Positions 14,841-28,454 of a stretch of 64,000 bases of DNA are shown piece by piece; positions within the stretch are counted from its first letter, which is position 1; every line of letters begins with the position of its first letter. Made by a program: the position numbers and the translations under genes. The notes under the pieces were generated by a model, which saw only the letters and a program-made list of their open reading frames with translations, had not been told where the DNA came from and did not search any database. This stretch comes from Phallusia mammillata (taxonomy: Eukaryota). The stretch covers positions 10,850,001 through 10,914,000 of the forward strand of contig OZ281499.1 of the NCBI GenBank assembly GCA_965637545.1. Direction: 5' to 3'.

Positions 14841-15429
14841 CTGTTAATAGGTGGCACATCAGCAGCACAAAAATGTTTGTTTGGACTTATTTTCCATAAT
14901 TTGATTGTTGTGGCAAATTGTTGACTTAAAGTGTTGCGTTTCTTTTTCATTATTGTAAGTAAAACTACGGATAGCTTGATGCTGCATGATTTTAAAATTT
15001 GCCAGTTTTATTATTTCTAAATTACTGATTTTAATTCCTTTACAGCATATGCTGAATCTGTAATATGTCACCATTTTTCAGCTGTCTTCTTTTTAACAAT
15101 TTTATTTTGCAACTGGCTTTAACATCGACATGTTATTTTTATTTTTAAAGAAGATCATATTTAAAAAATTAATTAGATTGTTTCGTATGTTAAAAGGTGC
15201 AATAAAAATGTTACATAATAACCAGACAGAAATTAGATTAAAAACATTTTCCAGCAATTACTGCAAGTACCATTCCATTACCAAGAATTTTTCACGTTAT
15301 CTCAAAGCAAAATACAAAAAGATGCTATAATACAAATATTTCTAAGTTATTGATGTTCAGTTTTATGTCAGATAAATTTGAACTTAGTGGTAGCCATTTT
15401 TATCCAGGTAATATCTTCGTGCTTTACAC

Positions 15430-16073
15430 CAGGGCTTCCCAAACTTTTTTGATCGCGACCCCTTTTATAATCTCTTTAAATTTTCCGCGACCCTTCACGG
15501 ATAATATGATAAACAATGCAAAAAATACATTTGTTGTATTTATAATAACGACTAATTCGAGCGAAAACTAAAAACAACCTACCGGTACTCGGAGTCTTCT
15601 ACTTTACACGTCCAAACACCGATACGTTTTACGTGCTTTAGCCTTTAGTTTCTGTCACATTGTTTTGCAAATAGGCACTTATCACCTTGGACCAAGTTTA
15701 GGCCGTTGCAGTGCTTTGCAAGCGGACATTAAATACTGTTTAGAAATCGTAAATTTATTATCTATTTTTACCAGAGAAAGTTATTGCGCCACACAATACT
15801 TAAACGCTAGTCTATAACTACGTACGTCATCTTTATGTTGCATTTGTTACGTTTCAAACGACATTTGTTCGATTAATGGCGTCACTACATGCGCGTTGCG
15901 CTAACGCGACGTAAAACCGACGTTACTTGTACAAAAATGACATTGTGACGTTATACAAAGGTCAAGGCCAGTGTATAGAGTACTTTCTGCAAAATTGGTA
16001 CAGCTCTCTGCGACCCCTAAAGTTTGTTAAGCGACCCCTTCCGGGGTCGCGACCCCCAGTTTGGGAAGCCCTG
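15430..16073. mobile_element. hAT-type MITE, left arm only
   Basis: Perfect 16-bp TIR cagggcttcccaaact / agtttgggaagccctg and a degenerate 8-bp TSD ctttacac / gttttcac. The empty site is visible in the right arm near 42795-42810. Confidence 0.85.
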
Positions 16074-16328
16074 GTTTTCACTACATAAATACTACAGGCC
16101 GTTCCATAGAGAATGATCGGTTGGTGTAGGTCATATTTTGAGTTAATTACAATGCAGTATTTAAACAAATGTAAATTTCACGCATAGAAATGGTTTTTAT
16201 ACCATTAACTTAATAAAATTACAATGAACCGTCAAATTTCAATAATTACAGCAACAATTAAAAGTATGAGGGAAAAAAATTACATCTTTCAGACACAAAT
16301 GGTTTTGAAGAGATATGTTTTCGCTTGA

Positions 16329-18827
16329 TCATGCTCTAATGCTCCAAGACTTTACGCCCTTCTCTACTTTGGGGTCAGTGTGTTGTTCATGCTAAAATAA
16401 TAAGTTAAAAATGTTTTGTCAGTGTTCAACCTAATTTAAGTTGACTATTAACAACAAACCTGTTTTGTAAAACAATCTCCACATGCCATTCGGATTAATT
16501 CGGACGTTGCTGGGGAGTCAAGTTGAAACCATCCGAGCAATCCCGATTCTTCCCGAGCAAATCCAATCGCGTCTTTGATTGCGAAAAACACCGAAGACGC
16601 CAGAAAAAGGGGTGGTTCTCCGATAGCCTGTGCAAAAACAAATTTGAATGTTATACAACCATTTTTATCACATGATGTTATGACGAACAGTTTTCATGTA
16701 CTTTCGGGGTTCAAATTAAAATGAAACACGTTAACCGGATAAATTAGAATTTCTCGACTGACGATAATAGGTTAAAAATACAATCGCAACATTTTGAGAT
16801 CTATAACAAAAAATGTCTCTTTTGTTGACCAATCGTTTCTGAGTGAAAATAAACTGTTAAGAAAACTAATTGTTGTACCTTAGATGAATAGATTGCTCTG
16901 TCATTCTCTGCGTTTCTTAAAAGATGCACATTGAAATTCCGTGGACAATCCCCGAAACCAGGAATCTTATACACTCCGGGTCCTGACGTAATGACGTGAC
17001 CACCAGGGGTGTGCAAGGGCTCCTCCATGGTAAACAACCCATAACCCTGAACAAACGCTCCTTCAATCTGCAACAGAACATGGCACCATCAAGTTTGATA
17101 AAATTACAGTTTCCTTCCATTTTAAATATAACAAACAAATAATGTTCGTGGACAAAATACGTCCACATATACCTTTACGGAATACATTCTTTTCGCAATT
17201 AGTAATTATATTACACGATTTTTAAACTTCGTCATTTTGCAAACCTGTCCAATATCGATAGCAGGGTTAAGGCTTCTCCCTACGTCCATCACAATGTCAG
17301 TTTGAAGCACCACGTGATCACCGGTCAAGCAGTCTACCTCGACTTCGGACACAGCTGCACCGTACGAAAAATAACAAGCAGTGCGGCCTTCGACTATACC
17401 TGTTTCAGCATCCCATGCGGAAAACATTCCGGGTGTCCTCAATAAAACATATTGTGTACAAACTAACCGTTTCTGTTTCGACGGATTTTTTGTGAATTAG
17501 TAGCAACATACTATTTAATGAATATCACTAAATGTTCCAAACTTGATGCAAAATGACTATTACGAATGTTAACGATTGGCTTTTTTGGAAATGTTTTAGT
17601 CACTATGTCAAATTTACGTTTCGTTTTCTCACTTGTGGTAACCAGTGGTAGAGAGGCAGATTCGTTCGTTGTAAGCTTTTGTAATCAAATCGTTCCACTC
17701 CAAGTCAGGATTTTGTTTTCTCAGCGGGTCTAGTCTTTCCATTATCGTGTCACACGCATCCTAAAATGTTGGTTATTTATTGATTTTTGACTTACATAAA
17801 AGTGTCGATTTGCGAATTTGGTGTGAAAGTCAGGCCCCATAAAAACTCACCTTCACTGCCATTCCGTTAAGATCTGTGCTGAAACTTGCTGCTGTCGCTC
17901 TTGTGTTGGGAACAGTAACTGTACTCGTCTCACAAATGTGAATTCGCGACAAAGGAATCCCAAGACACCTTCCCGCCACCTGTTTTGTACTTGCGTGGTA
18001 TTATTGTTTCAAAATGGGTTATTTTTTGACATTTTGCAATTATAAACAACGATGGTTAAAACGTTTACAAATAATAAGTCGTAACTATCAAAATATTGTT
18101 TAATTTTCTAAACACCTGCAACATCTTAGTGTGTAATCCTTGTCCCATTTCAGTTCCTCCATGTGATAGATAAACCGAACCGTCAGTGTAAACGTGAACT
18201 AATGCACCACCATGACACCAGTTGTAAGGGAAACCTATTGCATATTTCGTCGGAACACAGGCAATGCCCTTTTTGCGCCATCTAAAATCACAATGTTCTA
18301 TTCTCGCACGTTATATGGTACTGAGTGTTTTTACCTGAAGCAGGTATACGACTTGACTTAACAAACTTCTTAAGCTTATTCAGCTTATATTTGCGTTCAA
18401 TTAGTTTAATGTAGAAGTAGAACAATTATTTCAATATTACAGATCAAGCCGACCTGCTTTGTTGGTTAAACTGCGCAATTTGTTCTTTTCTCTGCACCAT
18501 ATTTGATTTCTCAATTACTTCTTCCCAGCATCTTCTGGCTTGAAACGATTCAAGTTTTTGGTTGAAATGTGTCACGTCTTCCTCCTTGTACATATTTAAA
18601 TCCCGAAACTGAAAACAACATATTACTTTCATGCCTTGACTCGTTTTACTTCGTATTCAGCAACCGTTTGATGTCGCTTTAACTTTACCATCCGAAAACA
18701 TTTTTGTTAACTCACAACAAGGGGCAGGAACTTGGCCGAACGGTCTGGCGCGCCTGACCCATATACAGACATAAAAAAAAACTGATCGGGATTCGTCCCC
18801 GGGAGAGTCCTGGGTTCGAACCCCGTG

Positions 18828-18858
<31 letters not shown>

Positions 18859-21800
18859 AACTCACAACAAGTATTTCATCTGCTACTCAACATATAGAGT
18901 AAAACAAATGAAAAACTGTTTGCATAATTTTTAAATAATGATGTTTGTAAAAGATTTATTGAAAGTTATTTGTATACTTTCTTATTCGTTCAGAAAACGT
19001 GCGTTGAAAATCATCGTTTGCAAGCGCATATGAATGCAAAAAAAAATTACTCACACAGTTCCAACATATTATCTCTGTATTGTTTAGACCCGATTGTTTA
19101 ATCTCGCACCAACCTTTTCTTGCGTCATGTTCAGAAATTGGGCGATTCGAGTCATCCAACTCTCAACGATCAACATTCCCTGTGGTGCACCAAAACCACG
19201 AAAAGCGTTGCTCGATGAAATATTGGTTTTGCAGATTTTACCGTGTATAAGAACGTTTGGGATTCTATCAAGTTGAAAGTGCCGATGTCAAAAGAAATAA
19301 AACTAGGATTTGCAATTTTTTACCGTCCTGGCGACTTACTTTTGGCTATTTTCATACATTAATGTAAAAAAGAATCTAAAATTTGTAGTTCATACTAATT
19401 TTTATTTATCTCTGGCAATCATAATTGTTGTTTTTTTACTTGTAACAATTGTCGCTGTGTATAACTGCCTTGCCCAGTACACCGCCAGAAAGATCAAGTG
19501 TGTTACCACCGTTGCCATACAGGTCCAGAATTAAAGCCACAAGTTTGCCGTCTTTCATAAACCCAACCTGTGAAGAAAGCAACGCATATTTCACAAGTGA
19601 ATCGTAATAAAAAACAACTAAACAAAATTCCTGAAGTACTTTATATCATATAGGCCAGTTTAGCTCTTACTTTTAATGGCTTGTAATGAAACGTGGCGTA
19701 CTTATATAATTCATATTTTTCCGGGGTCTATTCGTTGCCACATTGCAGCAAAGAGGTTTGTCTGACGTTATTAATTACTAAATTTAAAACTAGCCTTGAA
19801 CTTACCTTGTAATTGGCAAAAAACGGCTGGCGCCCTCCAGTGATAATCATGTCCTCTTTTCTGCTCAACATACATCTCACTGCTTTGCCACATCTTAAGT
19901 ATATTTGCAATGTTTATCTACCGGCATCGAGACGGCATCGTTTTGTTCAATAACCTACTTATGTGCCGCAACTGCAACAGGATTACTGACAACGAGAAAC
20001 CGAGTTTCCTTGCCTCCGAATCCTCCTCCCATCCTTTTCACTCTACTTACCACTTTGTTTGCTTCTACCCCAAGCAATGTAGCCGTCTGTGAGAAATCAC
20101 ACATAAATACCATTCATAACATTCAACATGAAATTCGTTACATTTAGCCAATCCCGTCATTATAATATTACACAATACCGTGCGTTGAAGCATAGATGGA
20201 TCTTGGGATGAACAGAACATCTCTATTTCTCCATCTTCGCCTTTCGGAACTGCGATGCACGCTTGTGTCTCGAGGTAGAAATGTTCTTGACCTCCTATTC
20301 TGTGAATGTATTGGCAAAACGTAAACATTCAGATCATCATCAGCTACCGATTTCATTTTACACCTAACCTGACTTCTCCCTCGATCACGTGATCGCACGT
20401 TGCCATGGCAGTGATTGCGTCTCCGTGAACTACATTCTTGGAGATGTCAAAGTAGGACTGATGATGCATAGCATCCTTTCAAAAAAAAAGAATTTTCAAA
20501 AAAATATATGCATCACTTTTCCAAACTATGTGTTACAAACAAGCATGTTTGTTTCAGGTTTAATATTTACTTCTATCGTGATGATTACAGGTGATATATC
20601 CTCGTAGTCGATTTTCACCAACTGAGCAGCTCTTTGAGCGTGAGCCTGTGTGTCAGCTACAACTGCTCCAATCACTTGACCGAAACACGTTACCTTAGGT
20701 AACAAATAGAATGTTTCTGTTTAAACCACACATTTTAGCTGATTTTGCATGTCAGCCATTTTAAGTTTACCTTGCTGGTTGCAAACACCTCGCACAGTTC
20801 GCCTGCAATCGGTATTTCGTTGGTTCCTGGCACGTCACGATGGTCTACATACGTCACAAATCCTTCGCATGCCACTGCTTTGCTGATGTCGACGTTTTTG
20901 ATGTAAGCATGTGGCCGGATACTTGTAACCAAGCACAAGTACAACTCATCTGCAACCATTATCAAATATTGCAAGTTCGAATTGACCCGGTAGTGGAAAA
21001 TGTGTTAAGGGCGAGGTTTACCAATAAAACATTAGAAAACGCTGTCAATGTGTGACACGATTTTTTTGTTTTAGCATAATTTGCATTGTTTTCTGATAAA
21101 AAGCGAGACTTCATAAACCAACCTGAAAATGTTGGCATGTCATCAACATATACAGCTTCACCAGTTGTGTGCTTGTCGCCAGATGCATGTTGCATTGGTC
21201 GACCAACCATGTCATCATGCGGTTGCCCATCGGTGGTCTACAAAACACCAGGAATTGCACAGATTTGTTTTTAGTGGAAAATATTTGTATTTTTAGTGTT
21301 TTTAGTATTTTAGTAAACGTAGGATCACAGATGTGGGCGTAAAAATTGTTTTAGCTGATTTGGAAAATACCATCACGTTTGTTAAACAAATGCTCTGTAC
21401 AAATAACTTCATTAAAAATAAGAGAACAAATACTTTATGTTTATTTGTTAAAAACCGTGATCGTTTCTTTTTAGTGTACGTGATCAGAGAGATTCGTAGT
21501 TGCTCATTACTAAAGTATGTTTTTATTTCACTCACATCTTGCCAAGTCCTTGTGCTCATTGGAATATGAATTGCATCCGTCGGTTTAAACGTTGTGAGAT
21601 TTTGAAGCTTCAAATCATCTTCGAGCTTAAAATATACAAGATACTCGCAAAATGTCCGGAAGATTAGAGAGAATAAAAACGAAATCCTTTAAAGAGTGTG
21701 TTGGAAACATTACGGAAATCACTTACAGTCGTCAGCCCCTTCTCGACTAGATTGCCCCGGACGCACAGAAAGAACTTAAAGAAAAAGCTTGCTGCAAGAG

Positions 21801-24800
21801 CTTCTCTGTATTCCACCATTCCTCCTGGAGCATCCAGAGCCAACGGAAGATCTTTTCGCAACCAAATCATAACATCTTTCATCAGTGTTTCATTCCATTC
21901 TCTACATAAAAAGCACATATGCAAAAATAATTTACACTAATATCAAAGAAAGGCACTTACTTTCCAATCATATTTTGCATGGTCTTTTCTGGCATAACTG
22001 AAGTAGCAGCCATTCCTCCAAATGCAGCAACAAATTTAAGCACTTTGCAAGTTCCAGGATGAAAGACGACACGCATGGCTGAGTTCACTATAGCAATATC
22101 GTCTTCTCGTCGTTTGGATTGCTTGTAAGCTTTCATGTACTGGTCCTAATTGTAACTAATGTAAAACATTTCACTTGGTATTATTTTGTTTGGTGCAATA
22201 CCTTGGTGTTAAACGGAAGAAAAACAGAAATGAGAACTTCGCCCTTTTCTGCACATGTCGTCCTGTATTTGGGGAAGAAACTTTGATCCATCAAAACCTG
22301 TCGATCTTTAGCACGAGAATGTAATCTGAACGTAGCAATACTTTCGTTTGCCATCAGTATTGGATTGAGGTCAGAGATGGGACTTGCTGTCATTATGTTG
22401 CCTCCAATTGCCTACGTTGAAAAATATAATGCCACAATTTTATTTTATGCTTGTAAGTTTGTAACGGGACTGCTTGTTTGTAGCCTATGTAATGCCATTT
22501 GTTTAGATATTGCTATTACAGATTAAGTATTTGAAGCAAAATTGAAAATCGTACTGTCTCACCGCAACGTTTCGTATTTGATCACCAGCAAACCAGTAGA
22601 TCATTTCCACCAGAGATTCCAGACATTGTGTTTGATACTTCGTAAAACTTCCAGAGTCAATAAAGTTCTGAAGTTCTTCCTTAATTTGACTGATCGTACA
22701 TGATGACCCAATGTTTACACCTGTACAAATTAAACGGTAATTGGTTTATTTTAGATGCTGGCTCAACATTACTACTTTTATGAAAATGAAGCAAAAATGA
22801 AAGTTATAAAGCAGAATGACTTGTTTACTTGTTAGAAACCAAAACTGGGCATAGACCTGTTGAACAGCTGTGAGGCCCTTGTGATGATTTACAATAATTA
22901 CAGTGTCCACCAATAAAGCCTTGGAGTTTACCTTTGTCGTCTACAGATATTGTTTTTAACTCTTTCACGTCAAGGGGAGTAATAATATATTTGAAATGGC
23001 GTCCTCGAACATTTGCTTCGACTCCAATTTCAGTGTTTCCATTCACCAACTGAGCATCAGGGTAAATGGATTTCAACTCGACCAATTGCTGAAGTGACGT
23101 TGGTCGAAACCACGTGACGCGTTCTCCGACGAATTTTAGTGTTTTGGGGTCTTCAGATTTGGATTCTATCTGAAGATAAACAATGGCAAAAAGCTTGGTA
23201 ATTTACAGTTTGTAAAGAAACAGAAAAATATATGACTAAAACGAGTGCAACCATTTTTCACACAGATGGAACAAAATACGTAGTTTGTAACAACTGCTTA
23301 AAGTTTTCTACTAATTACAATTCATTATATGCACCACTGCTTATAACATTATAACGTAGACCAGTGGTTTGCCTAACAGGTGATTATTCTTAGCCAAGCG
23401 ATTGCTAAATCATTTCCGGCTACTTGTTGAAAAACGATGTAACTAAAACATGATTTACTACTACCATAAACGCAGCGCACACGTAAAAATCTGTCTGTTT
23501 TTGGATTACTATTCAGACTAGCTGACACAAACGCTATTATACACTCTTTTCGGCAGTTTGTGCAATGTATCAAAACAATCGTTTTTTTCGAATAGTTTGA
23601 TTATGGGGTAGTTAATGATCTTAACTATTGTTGATCTCATCTTAATTAAAAGTAAAATATTCAAATGTTAATCTTAGTTTATCCGAACTGAACTGAAATC
23701 TGAAGTTGTTTGTTTCAAGCCCGACGAGCCTGATCTAGAATAAAGATAGTGATTGATAGATAAAAATTACCCTAATTGAGATTTTGCCTACCCCATATTA
23801 TATATACATTGCCTACCCTATATTACAATGACAAACTAATCCAAAACACAGCAACCGCAGATTATTTATAAAATATACCAACAGATCTGGTGGAAACAGG
23901 ATTTCTTGTGTTGGGTCATATTTGCTGAAACAAACTAACTGGGATGCATGGGGATCATCATTTCTCATTAAATTTTTGTCAGATGTTTCTGGAAAGCCTG
24001 TAAAACACGAGCAGCCGATATTGTACTTTGTACACAATCTGTGCCTACATTCATTACCATTTTGAATTGGTTTGTTTTTACAGCATTTAGCTCCCATCGG
24101 GCATCCAGCCGTTGAATCGATAAATGTATTGAAAGCTGAAACATAAAATAGTGAGTTTGCTGACCGGCTGATATTTACTGATGTTTTTCTCCAGACTTGG
24201 CGACACGGTTTTTAGCATACGGGTGTTTGTAAATGTCTACATTAAACATGTCAGACATTTTCTCAGACATACCACTTAATATAGGTCTGTATCCTGTGCA
24301 TCGACATAGATTTCCCTGCAAACACTCTTCGATATCTTCAACACTTGGAACTGGTTTGTTGCGTAACAATGCGTACATTGACATCACAATACCAGGGGTG
24401 CAGAAACCACATTGAGATCCATGAAATTTAGCAAGACGCTCCTGAAATTTTTGACAATAATTGTAAAGCAACTTATTACGTAAAAAATCACGTTCATACA
24501 ATACCTGCACTGCATGTAACTTGGTCTTGGTGCTGCCAATTCCCTCTACTGTAGTAACAGCACATCCATGTACTGAAACCACTAGAGCCAAACACGCGTT
24601 TGCCGAGAAATGTCTGTTGGGAAGATAACATGTTGGCTGTTTTACGGATGCATAACGATCATTCTTACTGACACAATTTTGTTGTTGATGGGATCCCACT
24701 TTGAGATCATAACAGTGCAAGCTCCACATCCTCCTTCCCCACATCCCAACTTTGATCCCGTAAGACGCACTACACACATTTTTAACACGACTTATAGTTG

Positions 24801-25167
24801 CAGTCTCATTTTAAAAGTACACCTCAACCAGTCAAAACTTACATGAACACCTTAAGTTTGAAAATTGAAAATGCATATCACTGAAGTACCAATTTCTAAC
24901 AGTAACTTACATTTTACTCGCAAATACGACAGTAAAGTGGTTTCCGGGTCAGGTGACTCCTCGACGATCTGTTAAAAGTAAGCAGTGAAAATGCTTTCTG
25001 ATTTGACTATTCAACATCAATCTTCAATGATTTGAGTTACAGAACAAAATCTTCAATGATTGAGTTACAGAAGACTTTTTTTAACAAACCTTTTTCCCAT
25101 TTACGTAGAACATTAGCACATCACGTGACATGACCTGCCAATCAGTGCTTACTTCCGTTGTTACCAT
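16329..25167 (-). CDS. XDH-like: XDH/AOX-family molybdo-flavoenzyme, class A copy 3 (apparently intact)
   Basis: ATG at 25167 ([26 protein letters not shown]). The exons I traced splice in frame with GT-AG sites and give the Fe-S, FAD and Moco motifs ([47 protein letters not shown]). Ends KSWSIRA* at 16329. Confidence 0.92.
18721..18855 (+). mobile_element. tRNA-derived SINE (or retroposed tRNA-like RNA) with poly(A) tail, in an A3 intron
   Basis: A-box-like tggccgaacgg, B-box ggttcgaaccc, ~28-nt poly(A) tail and a perfect 15-bp TSD gttaactcacaacaa (18706-18720 and 18856-18870). Confidence 0.85.
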
Positions 25168-27821
25168 GACGATCAGATAAACACACCTACTAACCTAAAA
25201 GCGTGTGACTGGTAAGCACATAGTGTAAACAAACGTTAAAATATGGTTAACTGCTTATTGCGTGCGTACAGTATTACTACAAATGATTTTTTGTCAAAAT
25301 CGTATTTTAATCACCAAAGAAAATATTTCGGTAATTTTAGTGATTTTTACCCAAATTTATTCCAGTTAAACCTCGGTTGCTGACAAGCACCAAAAATGCT
25401 TAAGTTTTACATGCATAACAAACATACATGTCGATGTTTACTATGTTGCAACCTCTGACAAACAACAAATTCGTAGGTTTGATTCTATCAATACAAAACG
25501 GAAAAAATGACAATGCATAACAAGAACAAAGGTACTAGGTGTTTTATAACGTCCAATTGAACAGCAATTGACCATAAAATACCATCAGCCACGCGCTAAC
25601 AAAAAAACACATGTTACTATTTACTCGTAAGTACAGCCACTAATAACAGGTATATTTGCCAAATCATGTTGCGTCTTTGCTTACAAACTAAGGCGCCCTT
25701 ACTTGTTTTATTTATCTTAAAAACTTGTGACGACACAAAACTACGATAAAATCTTTTTGCTGTTTCAAAACATACGTTTTGCCAACAATACTTCGTAGTC
25801 ATAATATCGCGTGGCCTCAATGGTCTGAGGACATATAACGAGCTATAACTTCCGGTCTGGTAGCTTGACTAACAATCGCTTTACCACCACTAACGTTTCT
25901 GTAAGAGGCTGCCGGAGTGTAAAAAAGAAATCTCAATGATACTAGGTCTTCGACTTATTTTTCCAATCTAACTTGGAGTGCGCGATGTATTGTTAACACA
26001 TTGTGTACACACACTGCGGATGGACAAAATGCAGAATATGTGTGCAAACAGAATGTAAATGAACACCGAGATAACAGGAACCGTTGAAGTAGGCCCTGCG
26101 TCCGCAAACAATAAGTTCTACGCCTGATGTTGAAAAGAGTCATGGCTGTTCTAAAAGTTCTATGTTGCTTATTTTGGTTTTGAGCAATTAGGCTATTCAC
26201 GGCAAACGTTCACTAAAACATCGCAAAGAAGAAACAGCAATTAAAACAATGAACCAAACCAACTCTAAAAACATGCTTAAGGTTCTAAATAAAACCATGC
26301 CAGATGCCTAGCCGATATGAATGATTTAGATTAGCTATCTAAAAATTAACTCGAAAAAAATACTCGACCAGTATATAGTTAAAAAGTGACCTCTACACAT
26401 TGTCCTGAGCGTTATTTACGATTTCTGAGCAGTTAACTACAAGTATAAACCGCGAATTGCTGCTAATATCAGGTTGCAAAAACGTCAACTTTTATTGGCC
26501 GAATTTGGCACCACGCCCCCTTTTTTTTCTTCCAGTTAACGAACGAATTACACGTGCCTTTTTCTACAAAATGTCGGCAATGGTTTGCAAAACATCGGTT
26601 GTCCTATTTATTTAACTGGCACTTAACAAGGTAAGTTTAAGTGGCACATAACAGGTTAAGTGCCGGTTTTACAATGCAATGGCCGTAATCGAATACTTAG
26701 TGTTGACTTACGGTACGGTAAACAGCAGCGTGTTTGGTCAGCGCTAAAGTTATAAGAGACCTAATCGTGTCAGAGCCCTGTAAATCCCAACTTACATAAG
26801 CAACGGCACTACGTTAGCAACTTTTGCGATATAATCAAACATTTATATGTTTTTTAAAAGAAGCCATTCCTAAAAAGAAATTGGAAACACGAGTTAACGC
26901 TCCTTAACTATACTGAGGTGTCAAGGTTGCTCTAATCATAAGGGATGACCGCCACAGTTCTGCACTCACGGTCTACGACAAACGAGACGTATATTATGAA
27001 ACATTGTTTGCAATTTAAACACCGGTTCCTTTGAAATTATCACCAACTTTGACAAACGCAAACACCGTAAATATCTTTATGCTATAAGTGTAAGAAAATA
27101 TATAGATGAGAAAAAAGACGCAAGAGAATGTGCCAACGCAGAAAATAGGTGAAGCGGAAACAACGATGTACAAACCGCGTGTTGACATTCGAACAACTCA
27201 ACGTGTATGTCAAATTATGTGACCTTCTGCATGGAGATTGAGGCTGATTCCACGAATAAATGTATGCTTAAACATATATTCGTAATTGTTCACTATGATC
27301 AAACTAGCTATCAGCTGACATGTCCAGCTTACGCAACATGAAGTGATGCATGTTATTTGACTTACTTATAGACTTACCACTGCGCCTTAGCAGCCTGATC
27401 AGCCCGGAAAACCCACTGTCGTGCAACGGAAACCACCGTTTAATCTTTTTCACTAGGCCACCAAAAACCGAAAATAATGCCAAACTTATGGTAACGAACG
27501 TGTGGTAAGTAAAATAAAATATCGGTAAATCTTAAATCATAAAATGCGAAGTGTTTAACTGAATGGAGTATATTTACATATATATATATCGTTGGTAAAA
27601 AGAAAGCATAGCGACTTAAATGCACCAAAAAGTCACCAATCTGGAATAGATGAGCAACGTTAAAACGTTATGGACATAAACTAAAACTACGTACAATTGG
27701 TAAGTTATCGATGACAAGCAATACACCATTGTTTTATGTACACTTTTCTACAAAATTTTGGTAAATTTAAATTACTACAGAAAATGCCGCTGCTATGTTG
27801 GTAAATTTTTGCAATGTGTTG

Positions 27822-27882
27822 TTTTGGTTGAAATGTGTCACATTGTCCTCCTTGTACATGTATGAATACTGCAACTGAAAAC
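27822..27882 (-). pseudogene. Orphan XDH-like exon relic
   Basis: Reads tgttttcag|LQYSYMYKEDNVTHFNQN, an ungapped match to the A3 exon start ttgttttcag|[18 protein letters not shown] (about 18555-18620), including the acceptor site. Confidence 0.7.
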
Positions 27883-28110
27883 AGATGTATTCATTCAAAA
27901 ATACTTCGTTTAAAACTAGTTTCAAAAGTGTAAACATCTTCAATCCCGTGATTTGAAAAAAGTCGTTGATGTCTTTTGTGCGACATGTATGTAGTGATAT
28001 GCCCCACTTAATTGTTAGTTATCTGCATTAGTGATTTTTTTAATTGCCTACAATTCAGATCGCCATCATTGTTTGTTAATGAAACCTATACTTTTTGTTA
28101 TCCCCCAAAT

Positions 28111-28454
28111 CAGGGGTGGCCAACCTTCTACATACCATTCGCCAACTTTTTAACATACTGTGTTGGATGCGCCATGAATGTCTCGTAGCCTCACCTTCTA
28201 TGACTACTTCTTGTATATAGAGAGAAAGAGAAAGAAACAACTTTTGCATCAGAAGGATAGTAATAAGAACTATTAAGTAAAAAATAACTCTGATAAACTA
28301 TATATATATAGAAATAATTAATAGGGCTGGCTTACTTTATTTATTTATTAGTTTATTAATTTGATTTTCATGATTATCAAAAGAAGGCAATGCGCCCTTT
28401 CTAATTATGCAATGCGCCACGTTTGGCGCATGCGCCATAGGTTGGTCACCACTG
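28111..28454. mobile_element. hAT-type MITE (same family as 32387-32702)
   Basis: TIR caggggtggccaacc / ggttggtcaccactg and 8-bp TSD ccccaaat / ccctaaat. The internal sequence is the reverse complement of 32387-32702. Confidence 0.85.

Noticed and set aside
18721-18830. Functional tRNA gene
   Set aside because: The poly(A) tail, the TSD, an internal A-run and the lack of a clear acceptor stem indicate a retroposed copy. An empty site in A4 cannot be used as evidence because that region is deleted there.
25800-26400. Short ORFs in the conserved A3-A4 intergenic inverted block
   Set aside because: Frames and stops are not conserved between the arms (compare 31200-31600); the similarity is explained by the duplication.
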